From Pseudomonadota bacterium (lineage in GTDB: Bacteria > Pseudomonadota > Alphaproteobacteria > Geminicoccales > Geminicoccaceae), in contig JBCCIN010000001.1 of assembly GCA_039028235.1 (NCBI GenBank), positions 1 through 47,126 on the forward strand: DNA of 47,126 nucleotides. The letters are read 5' to 3'. Position numbers and translations under genes: made by a program. Below are positions 7,988-16,662 of this stretch, piece after piece (the first letter of the stretch is position 1; every line of letters begins with the position of its first letter). Under the pieces are notes generated by a model. It made no database searches and was not told where the DNA came from. It saw nothing but the letters and a program-made list of their open reading frames with translations.

Positions 7988-9169
7988 TCATTCCTCGAGC
8001 GCAGGCTTGAAGCTCGGACGAACATAGCGGCTCACTGGCACGGATGCATCCTCGCTCAGCCTGGGCGGCTCGTTCTGCAGCTCCAGTGCCACCGCTTCGA
8101 GCGTCTCCTCGCCGGCCTCGCCCGCCAGAAAAAACACGTGGCGTTCCTCCCGCCAATGCAGAAGATCGAGCCCGCCGTCCTTCTCCGTTTCGAGTGCCCG
8201 CTCGCCCTCACCATCCCTGGCAATGGTAAGGCTGACCGGTCGATTTTCGCCATCGGCATACAGCAGCATCGCCATGGGCGGTCCGTCATCCAGCCCGAGC
8301 AGCCTCGCTCCCTCGTAGGACCAGCCATGGGCGGCAAGATCCGGCACCGCCATCGGCCGCCCGAGCTGAAGGGCGAGCCAGCCTTCGATGACGGTCCAGT
8401 CTTCCGGCCCGACCGCCGCGATATAGGGTTTCACCTCACCAAGGCTGGCGCGATGGCCGCGGATGATCTGGCGGCGGCGCGCCGTCGCCTGGCGTTCGGC
8501 GATTTGCCGATCAAGCCGCTCCTTGTCCTTCTCCAGCGCTGACGCGGCCGCGTCCAGATCGGCGCGCTCGGCCTGCAGGCGCTCGAGTTCCGCCTCTCGC
8601 GTCTCGATGATGCCGCCGCGCTCGGCAAGCGCTTTCTCACTTTCGGACAACGCCGTTTCCAGCCATTCGATCTCGGCTCGCCGTTCGGCGAGTTCTTGTT
8701 CCAGCCGATCGCGCTCACCTCTGAGGCGTTCCATCACCAACGGATCGGCGCGCTCGGCGGCACCGTTCGGCTGCCGCTCACTCTTGGCCAACGCTTGGGT
8801 CAGGCGCAGCACGTCGCCCTGCAGGCGGCTGCGCTGGGTCTCCAGGTTCTCGAGACGTCGCCTGTCCTGCGCCCGTGCCGCCTCCAGGGTCGAGAGTGTC
8901 ACCTCCTGATCCCGCGCTTTTTGCAAGATCTCGTCCCGATCGGCGCGCAACAATTCCTGGCCGATTTCAAACTGATCCGCAGCGCTGCGCCACGTCTCGA
9001 CCTCCTGATGCAGGAGAAAGGCGTAGATCCCGGTGGCGATTAGAAGAACGGCGCCGATCAGAGTCGCGTACCAGATCCCCAGCGACCCCTCCCCGCCATC
9101 GCGATCGGCTACCGGTCGACGCTGTGCGGATGACGAATCAGGCCGGGTATGGGGACGCCGTCTGGTCAT
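7988..9169 (-). CDS. single-pass membrane coiled-coil protein with an anti-sigma-factor-type C-terminal domain but no sigma-binding domain
   Basis: The track ORF starts at TTG 9184; the first ATG is 9169. One TM segment (IWYATLIGAVLLIATGIYAFLL). About 190 aa of E/R/L/A-rich heptad-like sequence follows. The C-terminal part aligns with the C-terminus of the anti-sigma factor at 10627-12261 (VPDLAAHGWSYEGARLLGL versus VPDLTAYGVTFAGARLLGI). Confidence 0.75.
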   Translation of the reverse strand: MTRRRPHTRPDSSSAQRRPVADRDGGEGSLGIWYATLIGAVLLIATGIYAFLLHQEVETWRSAADQFEIGQELLRADRDEILQKARDQEVTLSTLEAARAQDRRRLENLETQRSRLQGDVLRLTQALAKSERQPNGAAERADPLVMERLRGERDRLEQELAERRAEIEWLETALSESEKALAERGGIIETREAELERLQAERADLDAAASALEKDKERLDRQIAERQATARRRQIIRGHRASLGEVKPYIAAVGPEDWTVIEGWLALQLGRPMAVPDLAAHGWSYEGARLLGLDDGPPMAMLLYADGENRPVSLTIARDGEGERALETEKDGGLDLLHWREERHVFFLAGEAGEETLEAVALELQNEPPRLSEDASVPVSRYVRPSFKPALEE

Positions 9170-9355
9170 GTGGTCGGATGCCAATGACGGTCAAGGTCGG
9201 ACATGCGGCGGAGATAGCGAAGAAGCCGCCGGCCATCATGATCCAAGACGGCCATTGATTGCTCGATCCTTTTTCTAATTATTTCTTTGTAAAGTCTTTT
9301 CCAGCCTAGACAAAACTGTGCCAAAGAGCAATGCGCCGGCATGGTTGGGTGCCCG

Positions 9356-9613
9356 TCAGCGGCTGCCGCCGAAATCCGTGCAAGCCATCGGCTGGCCCTG
9401 ATGCGCCGTCATCCCCTGATGCCAGAAAGGCGCCACGGACAGGATCGCCACCAGCCCGATATAGCCGAGCGCCATGCCGACCATGGAGAGCGGCCTCGAC
9501 ACGCGCTGCCGATCCGCCGAAGCCAGAATGGGCCGTCGACCGGATGCACCGCCTCGAACCCCATTTCGCCCGATGTCATCCCGCGTCGCGATTCTGCCAA
9601 GATGTTCGGTCAT
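9356..9613 (-). CDS. small hypothetical membrane protein
   Basis: 85 aa. ATG is preceded by SD GGAGGA at 8 nt. One hydrophobic span (MVGMALGYIGLVAILSVAPFW). GC-rich third codon positions. No family recognised. Confidence 0.45.
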   Translation of the reverse strand: MTEHLGRIATRDDIGRNGVRGGASGRRPILASADRQRVSRPLSMVGMALGYIGLVAILSVAPFWHQGMTAHQGQPMACTDFGGSR

Positions 9614-10096
9614 GCCCTATCCTCCAGCGCTCTGCCGATGGCGGACCCGCACATCGATTGGCGAACGCATGACCTACCAGGACACCTCAAGGTTCATGTT
9701 TATTGCGATAAATTTAATTTTTTTTGATGAAACTTTCCCAAAGCGAACCTCGAACGCGAAACGCGGCAAGCGGCCGCCGACCCTCGTTGCCGCTGTGTAG
9801 CCTGGTTTTCTTGGGGTTTTCGAAAAGAAGTTGATGATTGCCGCAATAATTTCGACGGGTTGGGTGTTCATCAGGTCATGGCACATCGATTTCGACAATT
9901 TGCGACAAATACGCTATGATCATGTGGTTTGATATCTGTCATTCGAAGTCGGAAGGTGGCGCTGGTTCGAGGCAGATGATGGCATTGCCTGGCGATGGCG
10001 GGCGGCCGTCAACGTTCGAGACCGCATTTTCGTCTGGCTCGACATTTCACCTCCCCCCGCCGCTCCAGGAACCGGACGGCGATTGTCATAAGCGTG

Positions 10097-10624
10097 ATGC
10101 AGAGCTCGACCAACGGCCAATCCACGGGAATCGAAGACCAGCTGGTCGGCCTCCTGCCGAAGCTCAAGGCGCATGCGCTCTATCTGACCAGGTCGGGCGA
10201 TCGGGCGGACGACCTCCTTCAGCGCACCTGCCTGCGCGCGCTTTCTCGTTCTCATCAATGGCAGGCCGGCACGCGGCTCGATCGCTGGGTTTCGACGATC
10301 ATGAACAGCATCTGGTTCAACGAGCTTCGCCAGAAGCGCCAGCGCCAGGAACAGGAGCTGCCGGAACCCGATATGGTCGCGGATCGCGGCTTCGAGAGCC
10401 AAGTGGAGGCCCAGATCATGATCTCCGACCTCCGGCGCGCCTGCGCCAAGCTCAGCGATGAGGATTTCGCGCTCGTGACCAAGATCCACAGCTATGGTTA
10501 TACTTATAAGGAAGTCGCGGATGAGCTTGGTGTGCCCATCGGCACCGTGCTTTCGCGCGTCTCGCGGGCGAAGGCGATGATCAAGCGTGCCGCGGATGAG
10601 CTCAAACAGGGAGGCGGATCCTGA
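10097..10624 (+). CDS. ECF-type RNA polymerase sigma factor (sigma-70 family, regions 2 and 4)
   Basis: I trimmed the track ORF 9995-10624 to the ATG at 10097 (MQSSTNG...). Region 2-like DDLLQRTCLRAL...WVSTIMNSIWFNELR. Region 4 HTH YKEVADELGVPIGTVLSRVSRAK. Confidence 0.9.
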   Translation: MQSSTNGQSTGIEDQLVGLLPKLKAHALYLTRSGDRADDLLQRTCLRALSRSHQWQAGTRLDRWVSTIMNSIWFNELRQKRQRQEQELPEPDMVADRGFESQVEAQIMISDLRRACAKLSDEDFALVTKIHSYGYTYKEVADELGVPIGTVLSRVSRAKAMIKRAADELKQGGGS

Positions 10625-10626
10625 CG

Positions 10627-12261
10627 ATGTTCGCCGATAGCGGTCTCTCCGACGAGATGGTCGAGAAGATCGTCGCCTTCGTCGATCGCGAAGCAGGGCG
10701 CGATGCGCCGCTGACCGCAGACGACGAGGCGATGGTGCGTCGTCTGATCGCTGATGATCCCGCCGCGCGTGCGCTGGCCGACGAGCTCAGAGCCACCAAT
10801 GCCGGCCTGGACACACTCCTCGACGATGTCGCCGCGGTGGACGTGCCGGAAAATCTGGTCGCGCTGATCCAGGGACATGCCGCAAAGGAGATCGCGGCAC
10901 CGGCGTTCGGCCGGGCGGAGAGCGACGGGGCGGCCGGTCCCGAAGGCCACGTCGTCGACATGCAGCCGCCTGCTGTGCGCCGGCGCAGCTATGGCCCGCT
11001 TGCGGCTGCGGCCTCGATTGCGATGATGATTGCCAGTGGCGCACTTTATCAAGTTTACACCACGTCCGAAGAGGAACGCGCACGTCTGCAGGCGGAGCTG
11101 GCCGCCGCAACCAACGAGACCGACGCCAGCAGCCGGGCACTCGCCGATGCCGAAGCCGAAATCAGGCGCCTTGCCGGCCTAGCCGACCAGGCCTCGACCC
11201 AGCGTCGGGAGACCGCCGATCGGCTCGCCGCCAATGAGGAAGCGATCCAGCAGCTCGAAGTCGAGCGCGCGACCCTCGAAGGTCGTTACGCGGCTCTCGA
11301 AGGCGACCATCAGGCGCTGAACGAGCAGCTGGAGCGTCAGCGCACGTTGATCGCCGATAGCGAAGCCGCGCGCGATCGCGTCGCCGCTGACCTCGCTGAG
11401 GCGCGAGAAACGCTGGCTCTCGCCGAAAGCAGCACCACCGAGGTCGAAACGACACTGACTGCCGAAGTCGAGGATCTCACCGCCAGACTCGATCGGCGCG
11501 AGCAGGAATTGGCAGCGCTGGCCGTCGAGCTCGAGGCAGGCAAGGAGCAATCGAAGAGCGCACGGGCCGGCCTCGCCGAAGCCCAGGGTGAGAAAGAGGC
11601 GCTCGAGCGCCAGCTCACGACTGCCGAAAGCGACAGACAGCAATTGCTGGCCGAGCGCGAGGTGGCAGAACAGGCCGCGTCCTTAGCCGAACAACAGCTC
11701 GCCTCCCTCGAAGCGGCGGTTCAGAATGCGGAATCCCGTCTAGCCACGGTCGCCGCCGGCCTCGCCAGCGCCGAAGCCGGGCGTCGCGAGGCGGTGCAGC
11801 AGGTCGTTGGGCTGGAAGCGGATCTCGCCGCAAGCAGGAGCTGGCTCGGACAGATCGCGCAATATCACCGGGTCTATGCGTCGACCGCCAGGCGCCATTT
11901 GGTCGAGGTCGGCGCCGATGAGCTCGATCATATCCAGAACTGGCTGACCAACATGCTCGAACGCCAGATCCTGGTGCCCGATCTCACGGCATACGGCGTG
12001 ACCTTCGCCGGTGCCCGTCTTCTCGGCATCAATGAAAAGCCCGTTGCCCAGCTCGTCTATCTCGATGCCAACGATCAGCCACTGGCGCTCTGCATCATCC
12101 CGTCGACCGGTGCGGCCAAGAACCCGACAGCCTCCACCAACGGCGAGCTCAACCTGATCGACTGGCGGGATGGACGTCACGGTTACGCCGTGGTCGGCTG
12201 GTCCGACCCCGATCTCCTCGCATCCCTCACCCAGGCGATCCAGCCCGTCTACGACCTATAG
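10627..12261 (+). CDS. membrane anti-sigma factor with a long coiled-coil spacer
   Basis: Starts 2 nt after the sigma factor stop. The N-terminal anti-sigma-like segment is IVAFVD...DDPAARALADELRA...VPENLVALI. TM at about aa 123-143. Heptad-like E/A/L/R-rich stretch at about aa 147-405. The C-terminal domain HRVYAS...HLVEV...WLTNMLERQILVPDL...GARLL is typical of proteobacterial anti-sigma periplasmic domains. Confidence 0.8.
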   Translation: MFADSGLSDEMVEKIVAFVDREAGRDAPLTADDEAMVRRLIADDPAARALADELRATNAGLDTLLDDVAAVDVPENLVALIQGHAAKEIAAPAFGRAESDGAAGPEGHVVDMQPPAVRRRSYGPLAAAASIAMMIASGALYQVYTTSEEERARLQAELAAATNETDASSRALADAEAEIRRLAGLADQASTQRRETADRLAANEEAIQQLEVERATLEGRYAALEGDHQALNEQLERQRTLIADSEAARDRVAADLAEARETLALAESSTTEVETTLTAEVEDLTARLDRREQELAALAVELEAGKEQSKSARAGLAEAQGEKEALERQLTTAESDRQQLLAEREVAEQAASLAEQQLASLEAAVQNAESRLATVAAGLASAEAGRREAVQQVVGLEADLAASRSWLGQIAQYHRVYASTARRHLVEVGADELDHIQNWLTNMLERQILVPDLTAYGVTFAGARLLGINEKPVAQLVYLDANDQPLALCIIPSTGAAKNPTASTNGELNLIDWRDGRHGYAVVGWSDPDLLASLTQAIQPVYDL

Positions 12262-12390
12262 TGGCGTCGTCGTATCATGGGCTTGGAATGGTCCTGCTCG
12301 CGTTCGACATGGCAAACCGTGACCTATCGTTCGCGGGGGTCGCTAGAGCATTTCCGTAGCAGTTGTATGCGGCACCAGCCCGAAAAAGCT

Positions 12391-13227
12391 CTAGACCTGA
12401 TCGACCGCTTTGGGCGGAGCATCATGCGCTGACTGCAGGACCTCAAGCGCCTCGCGAAGAGCCTGATCATAGTCCGGCAGACCGTGCACGTCGCCATGGC
12501 CGGCGCCGGCGATGGTTCGATCGAAGACCAGCTTCTCCAGGCGTTGCCGCAGCGCCTCGGTTCTTGCCGGACGGATCACCCGATCAAGTTCCGATGCGAT
12601 GATCGCCGTCGGCGTCCGGTTGTCGGCCATGAAGTCGACAGTCGGAAAGCGGTGTTTCAGCAAGAGGCCGACCGGCAGCCACGGATAGGCTTGTTTAGCC
12701 ACGGCCTCGATCGAATCATAAGGCGTCACCAGGATGATGCCGTCGAGCGTCCGCTGTTTCGAAAGATAGCCGGCGATCCCGGAACCGAGCGAAATCCCAA
12801 TCGCGTGAACCGATCGCGGCGCCAGATCCCGAACCAGGCGGTCGTGGATCACGAGCGCATCCGCCAGAAGGGCCACCTCGCTCGGCTTGCCCGAACTTGG
12901 CCCGTAGCCGCGATAATGAAAAACCGCGACATGCCGATCGGCGAAGCTCGCCGCCAGCTCCTGACCCAGCATGTCGGCATCCTGTGCATTGCCGCCGAAC
13001 CCGATCACGAGTCCCTCGGAGGCAGCTTTGCCATCCGGCGCGAACAGGATGCCGCTTAGCCTGACGCCATCGTCCCGCTCGATCTCCAGGCGCGTTGGCA
13101 TGAAAGGGTGATCGAGCGGACGGCTGGGCAGCTTCGTGCCGGGGAAGATCAGCGAGGTCTGGGCGCTATACATCAGCGCGACCAAACAGCCGTAGCCAAG
13201 AGCCAGAACAAGGAGCAGTTTCATCAT
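12391..13227 (-). CDS. alpha/beta hydrolase fold protein
   Basis: I trimmed to the internal ATG (MMKLLLVLALGYG, membrane anchor or signal). Nucleophile elbow GISLGSG; C-terminal GAGHGD histidine motif. Confidence 0.8.
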   Translation of the reverse strand: MMKLLLVLALGYGCLVALMYSAQTSLIFPGTKLPSRPLDHPFMPTRLEIERDDGVRLSGILFAPDGKAASEGLVIGFGGNAQDADMLGQELAASFADRHVAVFHYRGYGPSSGKPSEVALLADALVIHDRLVRDLAPRSVHAIGISLGSGIAGYLSKQRTLDGIILVTPYDSIEAVAKQAYPWLPVGLLLKHRFPTVDFMADNRTPTAIIASELDRVIRPARTEALRQRLEKLVFDRTIAGAGHGDVHGLPDYDQALREALEVLQSAHDAPPKAVDQV

Positions 13228-13400
13228 ATCAGAACGTCGAGAGCATGCCTCACCCACGATCCCTGTCTGACGACAGCGTCCCAGCCGTCCTGCTCCCGAG
13301 CGTAAGCAATCGAGGTAAAAAGAACGTTAACCATGGACAGAAAACGAGCATCTGCCGGAAGCGCGCGGGCCTGCCGTTGAACTGACGCTGGCCACAGTCC

Positions 13401-13928
13401 TCATTGAAGATCCTTCGGTCGGACAAAAGCGTGAAGATAGCCTGAGCCAGGAGCAATGGCCGCCCACCTGTCCATCTCGAAATCGAGCACGGCCAGCGCC
13501 GCGGTCGGATATTTCGCCGCCATGATCACCATGTTCTGCGGATCCCCCTTTGCGGCCAGCCGCATCGCCAGCGTGGCCATGCCGGGGTTGTGACCGATGA
13601 TCATCAGCCGCTCGACGGCATCATCGATCCGCCTGATCGCGGCCAGCATCTCTCCGGGCTGTGCCAGATAGAGCGACGAGCGCATCTCGACCTTGGCCCT
13701 GTCCACAGCCGGCCGCTCCCACTCGGCGATCACAAGCTCCAGCGTCTGGCGCGCCCGTTCGGCCGTCGAGCAGAGCACCAGATCAGGCACCAGACCATGC
13801 CGGCTGATATGGCGGCCGATCAGCGGCGCCGCGCGCCGGCCCCTGGGTGCCAGTGGCCGTGAAGCGTCGTCGAGATCGCCCTGATCCCAGCTCGACTTCG
13901 CATGGCGCAGCAGCAAAAGCCTGCGCAT
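13401..13928 (-). CDS. SixA-type histidine phosphatase family protein
   Basis: I trimmed to the ATG at 13928 (MRRLLLLRHAKSSW, the RHG/RHA phosphatase motif). IGHNPG lies near the C-terminal half. Divergent from ppk. Confidence 0.8.
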   Translation of the reverse strand: MRRLLLLRHAKSSWDQGDLDDASRPLAPRGRRAAPLIGRHISRHGLVPDLVLCSTAERARQTLELVIAEWERPAVDRAKVEMRSSLYLAQPGEMLAAIRRIDDAVERLMIIGHNPGMATLAMRLAAKGDPQNMVIMAAKYPTAALAVLDFEMDRWAAIAPGSGYLHAFVRPKDLQ

Positions 13929-14004
13929 TCCGCTACGTCTCCTCCTCGATCGGCGACCGCCCCTTAATGATCCGTGGTAATCTCCTTGACCCCAAGCGTA
14001 GCCC

Positions 14005-16257
14005 ATGGTGCGATTGAGGGCCATTCCAAGTCTGAAAGGAAAACGTTCGGTGTCAGGGACCGGGACCCTTACGGTAGATCAGGACATCGATCGGAATCCA
14101 TCAAGCAAGGCAAAAGCGTCCATCGAAGGCGAAGTGCCTGTCCTGATCCACTCGCCGAAGCGTTTCTTCAATCGCGAAGCCTCATGGCTTGCCTTCAACG
14201 AACGCGTGTTCGAAGAAGCGAACAACCGCCAATATCCGCTGCTCGAACGCCTGCGCTTCCTTGGCATCTCAGCCGCAATCCTCGATGAATTCACCATGGT
14301 GCGCGTCGCCGGTCTGATGGGACAAGTCTGGGCCGGCGTGAGCACGATCAGTCCCGATGGGCTCAGCCCCGCCGAGCAGCTCAGATTGATCGACGGCCAG
14401 GTCAGCCGGCTCACGGACGAGCAGCAGCGCTGCTGGCAAGCCCTTCGTGCCGAGTTGCGCAACGCCGGGGTCGCGGTGCTCGCCGCCGATGAGCTGACCG
14501 CCAAGGAACGCCGCTGGCTGGAGCGCCACTTCAACGAGCACCTCTTTCCAGTCCTAACACCGATCGCCGTGGAACCGCCGAACCCCTTCCCCTTCATCCC
14601 CAATCTCGGCCTCAGCATGGTGCTCGACCTCTGGCGCGAGCGTGACGACAAGCGGATACACGGCCTGGTGCCGATCCCAGCACCGATCGACCGCTTCGTC
14701 CGCCTGCCCGGCGCAGCGCTTCGCTTCATCGCGATCGAGGACGTCGTGCCTCTCTTCCTGGATCGCCTGTTCCCCGGATTCAACGCCGAGGGGCATGGTG
14801 TCTTCCGTGTGATCCGCGACAGTGACCTCGAAGTCGAGGAAGAGGCCGAGGACCTGGTGCGCCAGTTCGAAAGCGCCATTAAACGCCGGAAACGCGGCTC
14901 CGTCGTCCGCCTCGCCATCGCCGGCCGCATGCCGGGTGATCTCGAAAGCTTCCTGGTGCGCCAGCTTCGGGCAGCACCCGAGAACGTCCACCACATGCAA
15001 GGCATGATCGGGCTTGCCGACGTGCAAACCCTGATCGACGAGCAGCGTCCCGATCTGCAGTTTCCGCCATTCAGCGCGCGCTTTCCGGAGCGCATCCGGG
15101 ACTTCGGAGGCGACTGCTTCGCCGCCATCCGCAACAAGGACATCGTGGTCCACCACCCCTATGAGAGCTTCGACGTGGTGGTGCAGTTCCTGCGCCAGGC
15201 GGCTCACGACGACGACGTGGTGGCGATCAAGCAGACGCTCTACCGCACCAGCAACAACTCGCCGATCATCCAGGCGCTTTGCCAGGCAGCCGAGGCCGGA
15301 AAATCGGTGACCGCCCTCGTTGAGATCAAGGCGCGGTTCGATGAGGAGGCGAACCTTCGCTGGGCCCGTGATCTCGAGCGAAGCGGCGCCCAGGTCGCCT
15401 ATGGCTTCGCCGATCTCAAGACCCACGCCAAGATTTCGCTGGTGGTCAGGCGCGAAAACCAGACCTTGCGCACCTATGTCCACTACGGCACCGGCAACTA
15501 TCACCCGATCACCGCCAAGATCTACACGGACCTCTCGTTTTTCACCTGCAATCAGGCCCTTTGCCAAGACGCGGCGCGCGCCTTCAACTACATGACCGGC
15601 TTCGCCCCGCCGGATCGTCTGGAAGCCCTGGCGCTTGCCCCGGTGACCCTTCGGGACAAGCTCCTGTCGCTGATCGACGACGAAATCGCCCATGCCGAGG
15701 CGGGCCGCCCCGCTGCGATCTGGGCGAAAATGAACTCGCTGCTCGATCCCGACATCATCGACGCGCTCTACAGGGCCTCCGAAGCGGGTGTGGACGTCGA
15801 GCTGATCATCCGCGGCATCTGCTGCCTTCGTCCCCAGGTTCCGGGCCTGTCCGAGCGCATCTGGGTCAAGAGCATCGTCGGACGCTTTTTGGAGCACAGC
15901 CGCATCGTCTGCTTCGGCGCCGGCCACGGCCTGCCCTCGCGCGATGCCAAGATGTTCATCTCGTCAGCGGACTGGATGACCCGGAATTTCGACCGGCGGA
16001 TCGAGACCCTGGTGCCGATCGAGAACCCGACGGTGCATCGCCAGGTGCTCGACCAGATCATGATCGCCAATCTGAAGGACCAGACCAACAGCTGGGAGCT
16101 GATGCCCGACGGCAGCTACCGCCGGCTTGCTGCTGACGCCGAGGCGTTCAGCGCCCATGCCTATTTCATGACAAATCCCAGCCTTTCCGGCCGCGGCAGC
16201 GCCATGAAACGCACCCCGATGCCGCCGATGCTGACCGTCGACGACACCGACATCTAA
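14005..16257 (+). CDS. ppk: polyphosphate kinase 1
   Basis: 750 aa. [16 protein letters not shown]-terminus. Two HKD-like PLD motifs ([13 protein letters not shown] and [10 protein letters not shown]). Confidence 0.95.
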   Translation: MVRLRAIPSLKGKRSVSGTGTLTVDQDIDRNPSSKAKASIEGEVPVLIHSPKRFFNREASWLAFNERVFEEANNRQYPLLERLRFLGISAAILDEFTMVRVAGLMGQVWAGVSTISPDGLSPAEQLRLIDGQVSRLTDEQQRCWQALRAELRNAGVAVLAADELTAKERRWLERHFNEHLFPVLTPIAVEPPNPFPFIPNLGLSMVLDLWRERDDKRIHGLVPIPAPIDRFVRLPGAALRFIAIEDVVPLFLDRLFPGFNAEGHGVFRVIRDSDLEVEEEAEDLVRQFESAIKRRKRGSVVRLAIAGRMPGDLESFLVRQLRAAPENVHHMQGMIGLADVQTLIDEQRPDLQFPPFSARFPERIRDFGGDCFAAIRNKDIVVHHPYESFDVVVQFLRQAAHDDDVVAIKQTLYRTSNNSPIIQALCQAAEAGKSVTALVEIKARFDEEANLRWARDLERSGAQVAYGFADLKTHAKISLVVRRENQTLRTYVHYGTGNYHPITAKIYTDLSFFTCNQALCQDAARAFNYMTGFAPPDRLEALALAPVTLRDKLLSLIDDEIAHAEAGRPAAIWAKMNSLLDPDIIDALYRASEAGVDVELIIRGICCLRPQVPGLSERIWVKSIVGRFLEHSRIVCFGAGHGLPSRDAKMFISSADWMTRNFDRRIETLVPIENPTVHRQVLDQIMIANLKDQTNSWELMPDGSYRRLAADAEAFSAHAYFMTNPSLSGRGSAMKRTPMPPMLTVDDTDI

Positions 16258-16602
16258 CCGCCAGACCACGCCGCCAGCGGGGGATTTTCGTCCAAGTTCA
16301 GGTTTTCTTTAGCGACTCCGTTAGGTCTTCGCTGAAGCTCGGACGTCATATTGCTTCATGATCCATGCGATCCTGAGAATCCGCCCGCCCGTCGAGAGAG
16401 CTCGAGCGAAGCGCAGACTCCCAAGATCACATGGACCGACAAGAAAGGCCGAAAGTTGGCCATGGCGGGTTGAGAAAAAACAAAAAGCGATCTTGATTCT
16501 CAATACATAGGCAGAGACTTTGCCCGGCCGATCTGACAGACCGCGAAGGGCCCGATCAGCCGACAGGGTCCCGACCAGGCAGGCCTCGGTCGGACATGCG
16601 GT

Positions 16603-16634
16603 TAAAAAAAACGCCCGGCGGGTGGGCCGGGCGT
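16603..16634 (-). terminator. intrinsic terminator of the NPC-repeat/P460 gene
   Basis: 9-bp perfect GC stem (16611-16619 ACGCCCGGC with 16626-16634 GCCGGGCGT) and a 6-nt loop. On the minus strand a run of 8 T follows (A-run 16604-16611). It begins 28 nt past the stop at 16663. Confidence 0.75.
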
Positions 16635-16662
16635 TCGAAGTCGGGTTTTTGCGAGTGGATCG

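Noticed and set aside
9674-9898. A 74-aa minus-strand ORF in the AT-rich spacer of the ECF locus.
   Set aside because: Its codon usage is dominated by A/T-ending codons and lysine runs derived from the poly-A/T tract, and I see no SD. I treat it as non-coding, with low certainty.
14079-15927. Long ORFs antisense to ppk (14079-15143 at 354 aa and 14554-15927 at 457 aa). Similar long antisense or out-of-frame ORFs occur opposite sdaA (17948-19396), ubiE/mutM (33084-34274), gyrB (41933-43075), the GGDEF-EAL gene (43105-44202), the PCP gene and others.
   Set aside because: These are typical stop-codon-poor shadow ORFs of a high-GC genome. The products are Arg/Ala/Pro/Gly-rich low-complexity sequences with no motifs, while the opposite-strand genes carry unambiguous family signatures.
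16321-16503. A 60-aa minus-strand ORF in the gap downstream of ppk.
   Set aside because: It has no SD, no motif and atypical composition. It sits in a region better explained as non-coding.
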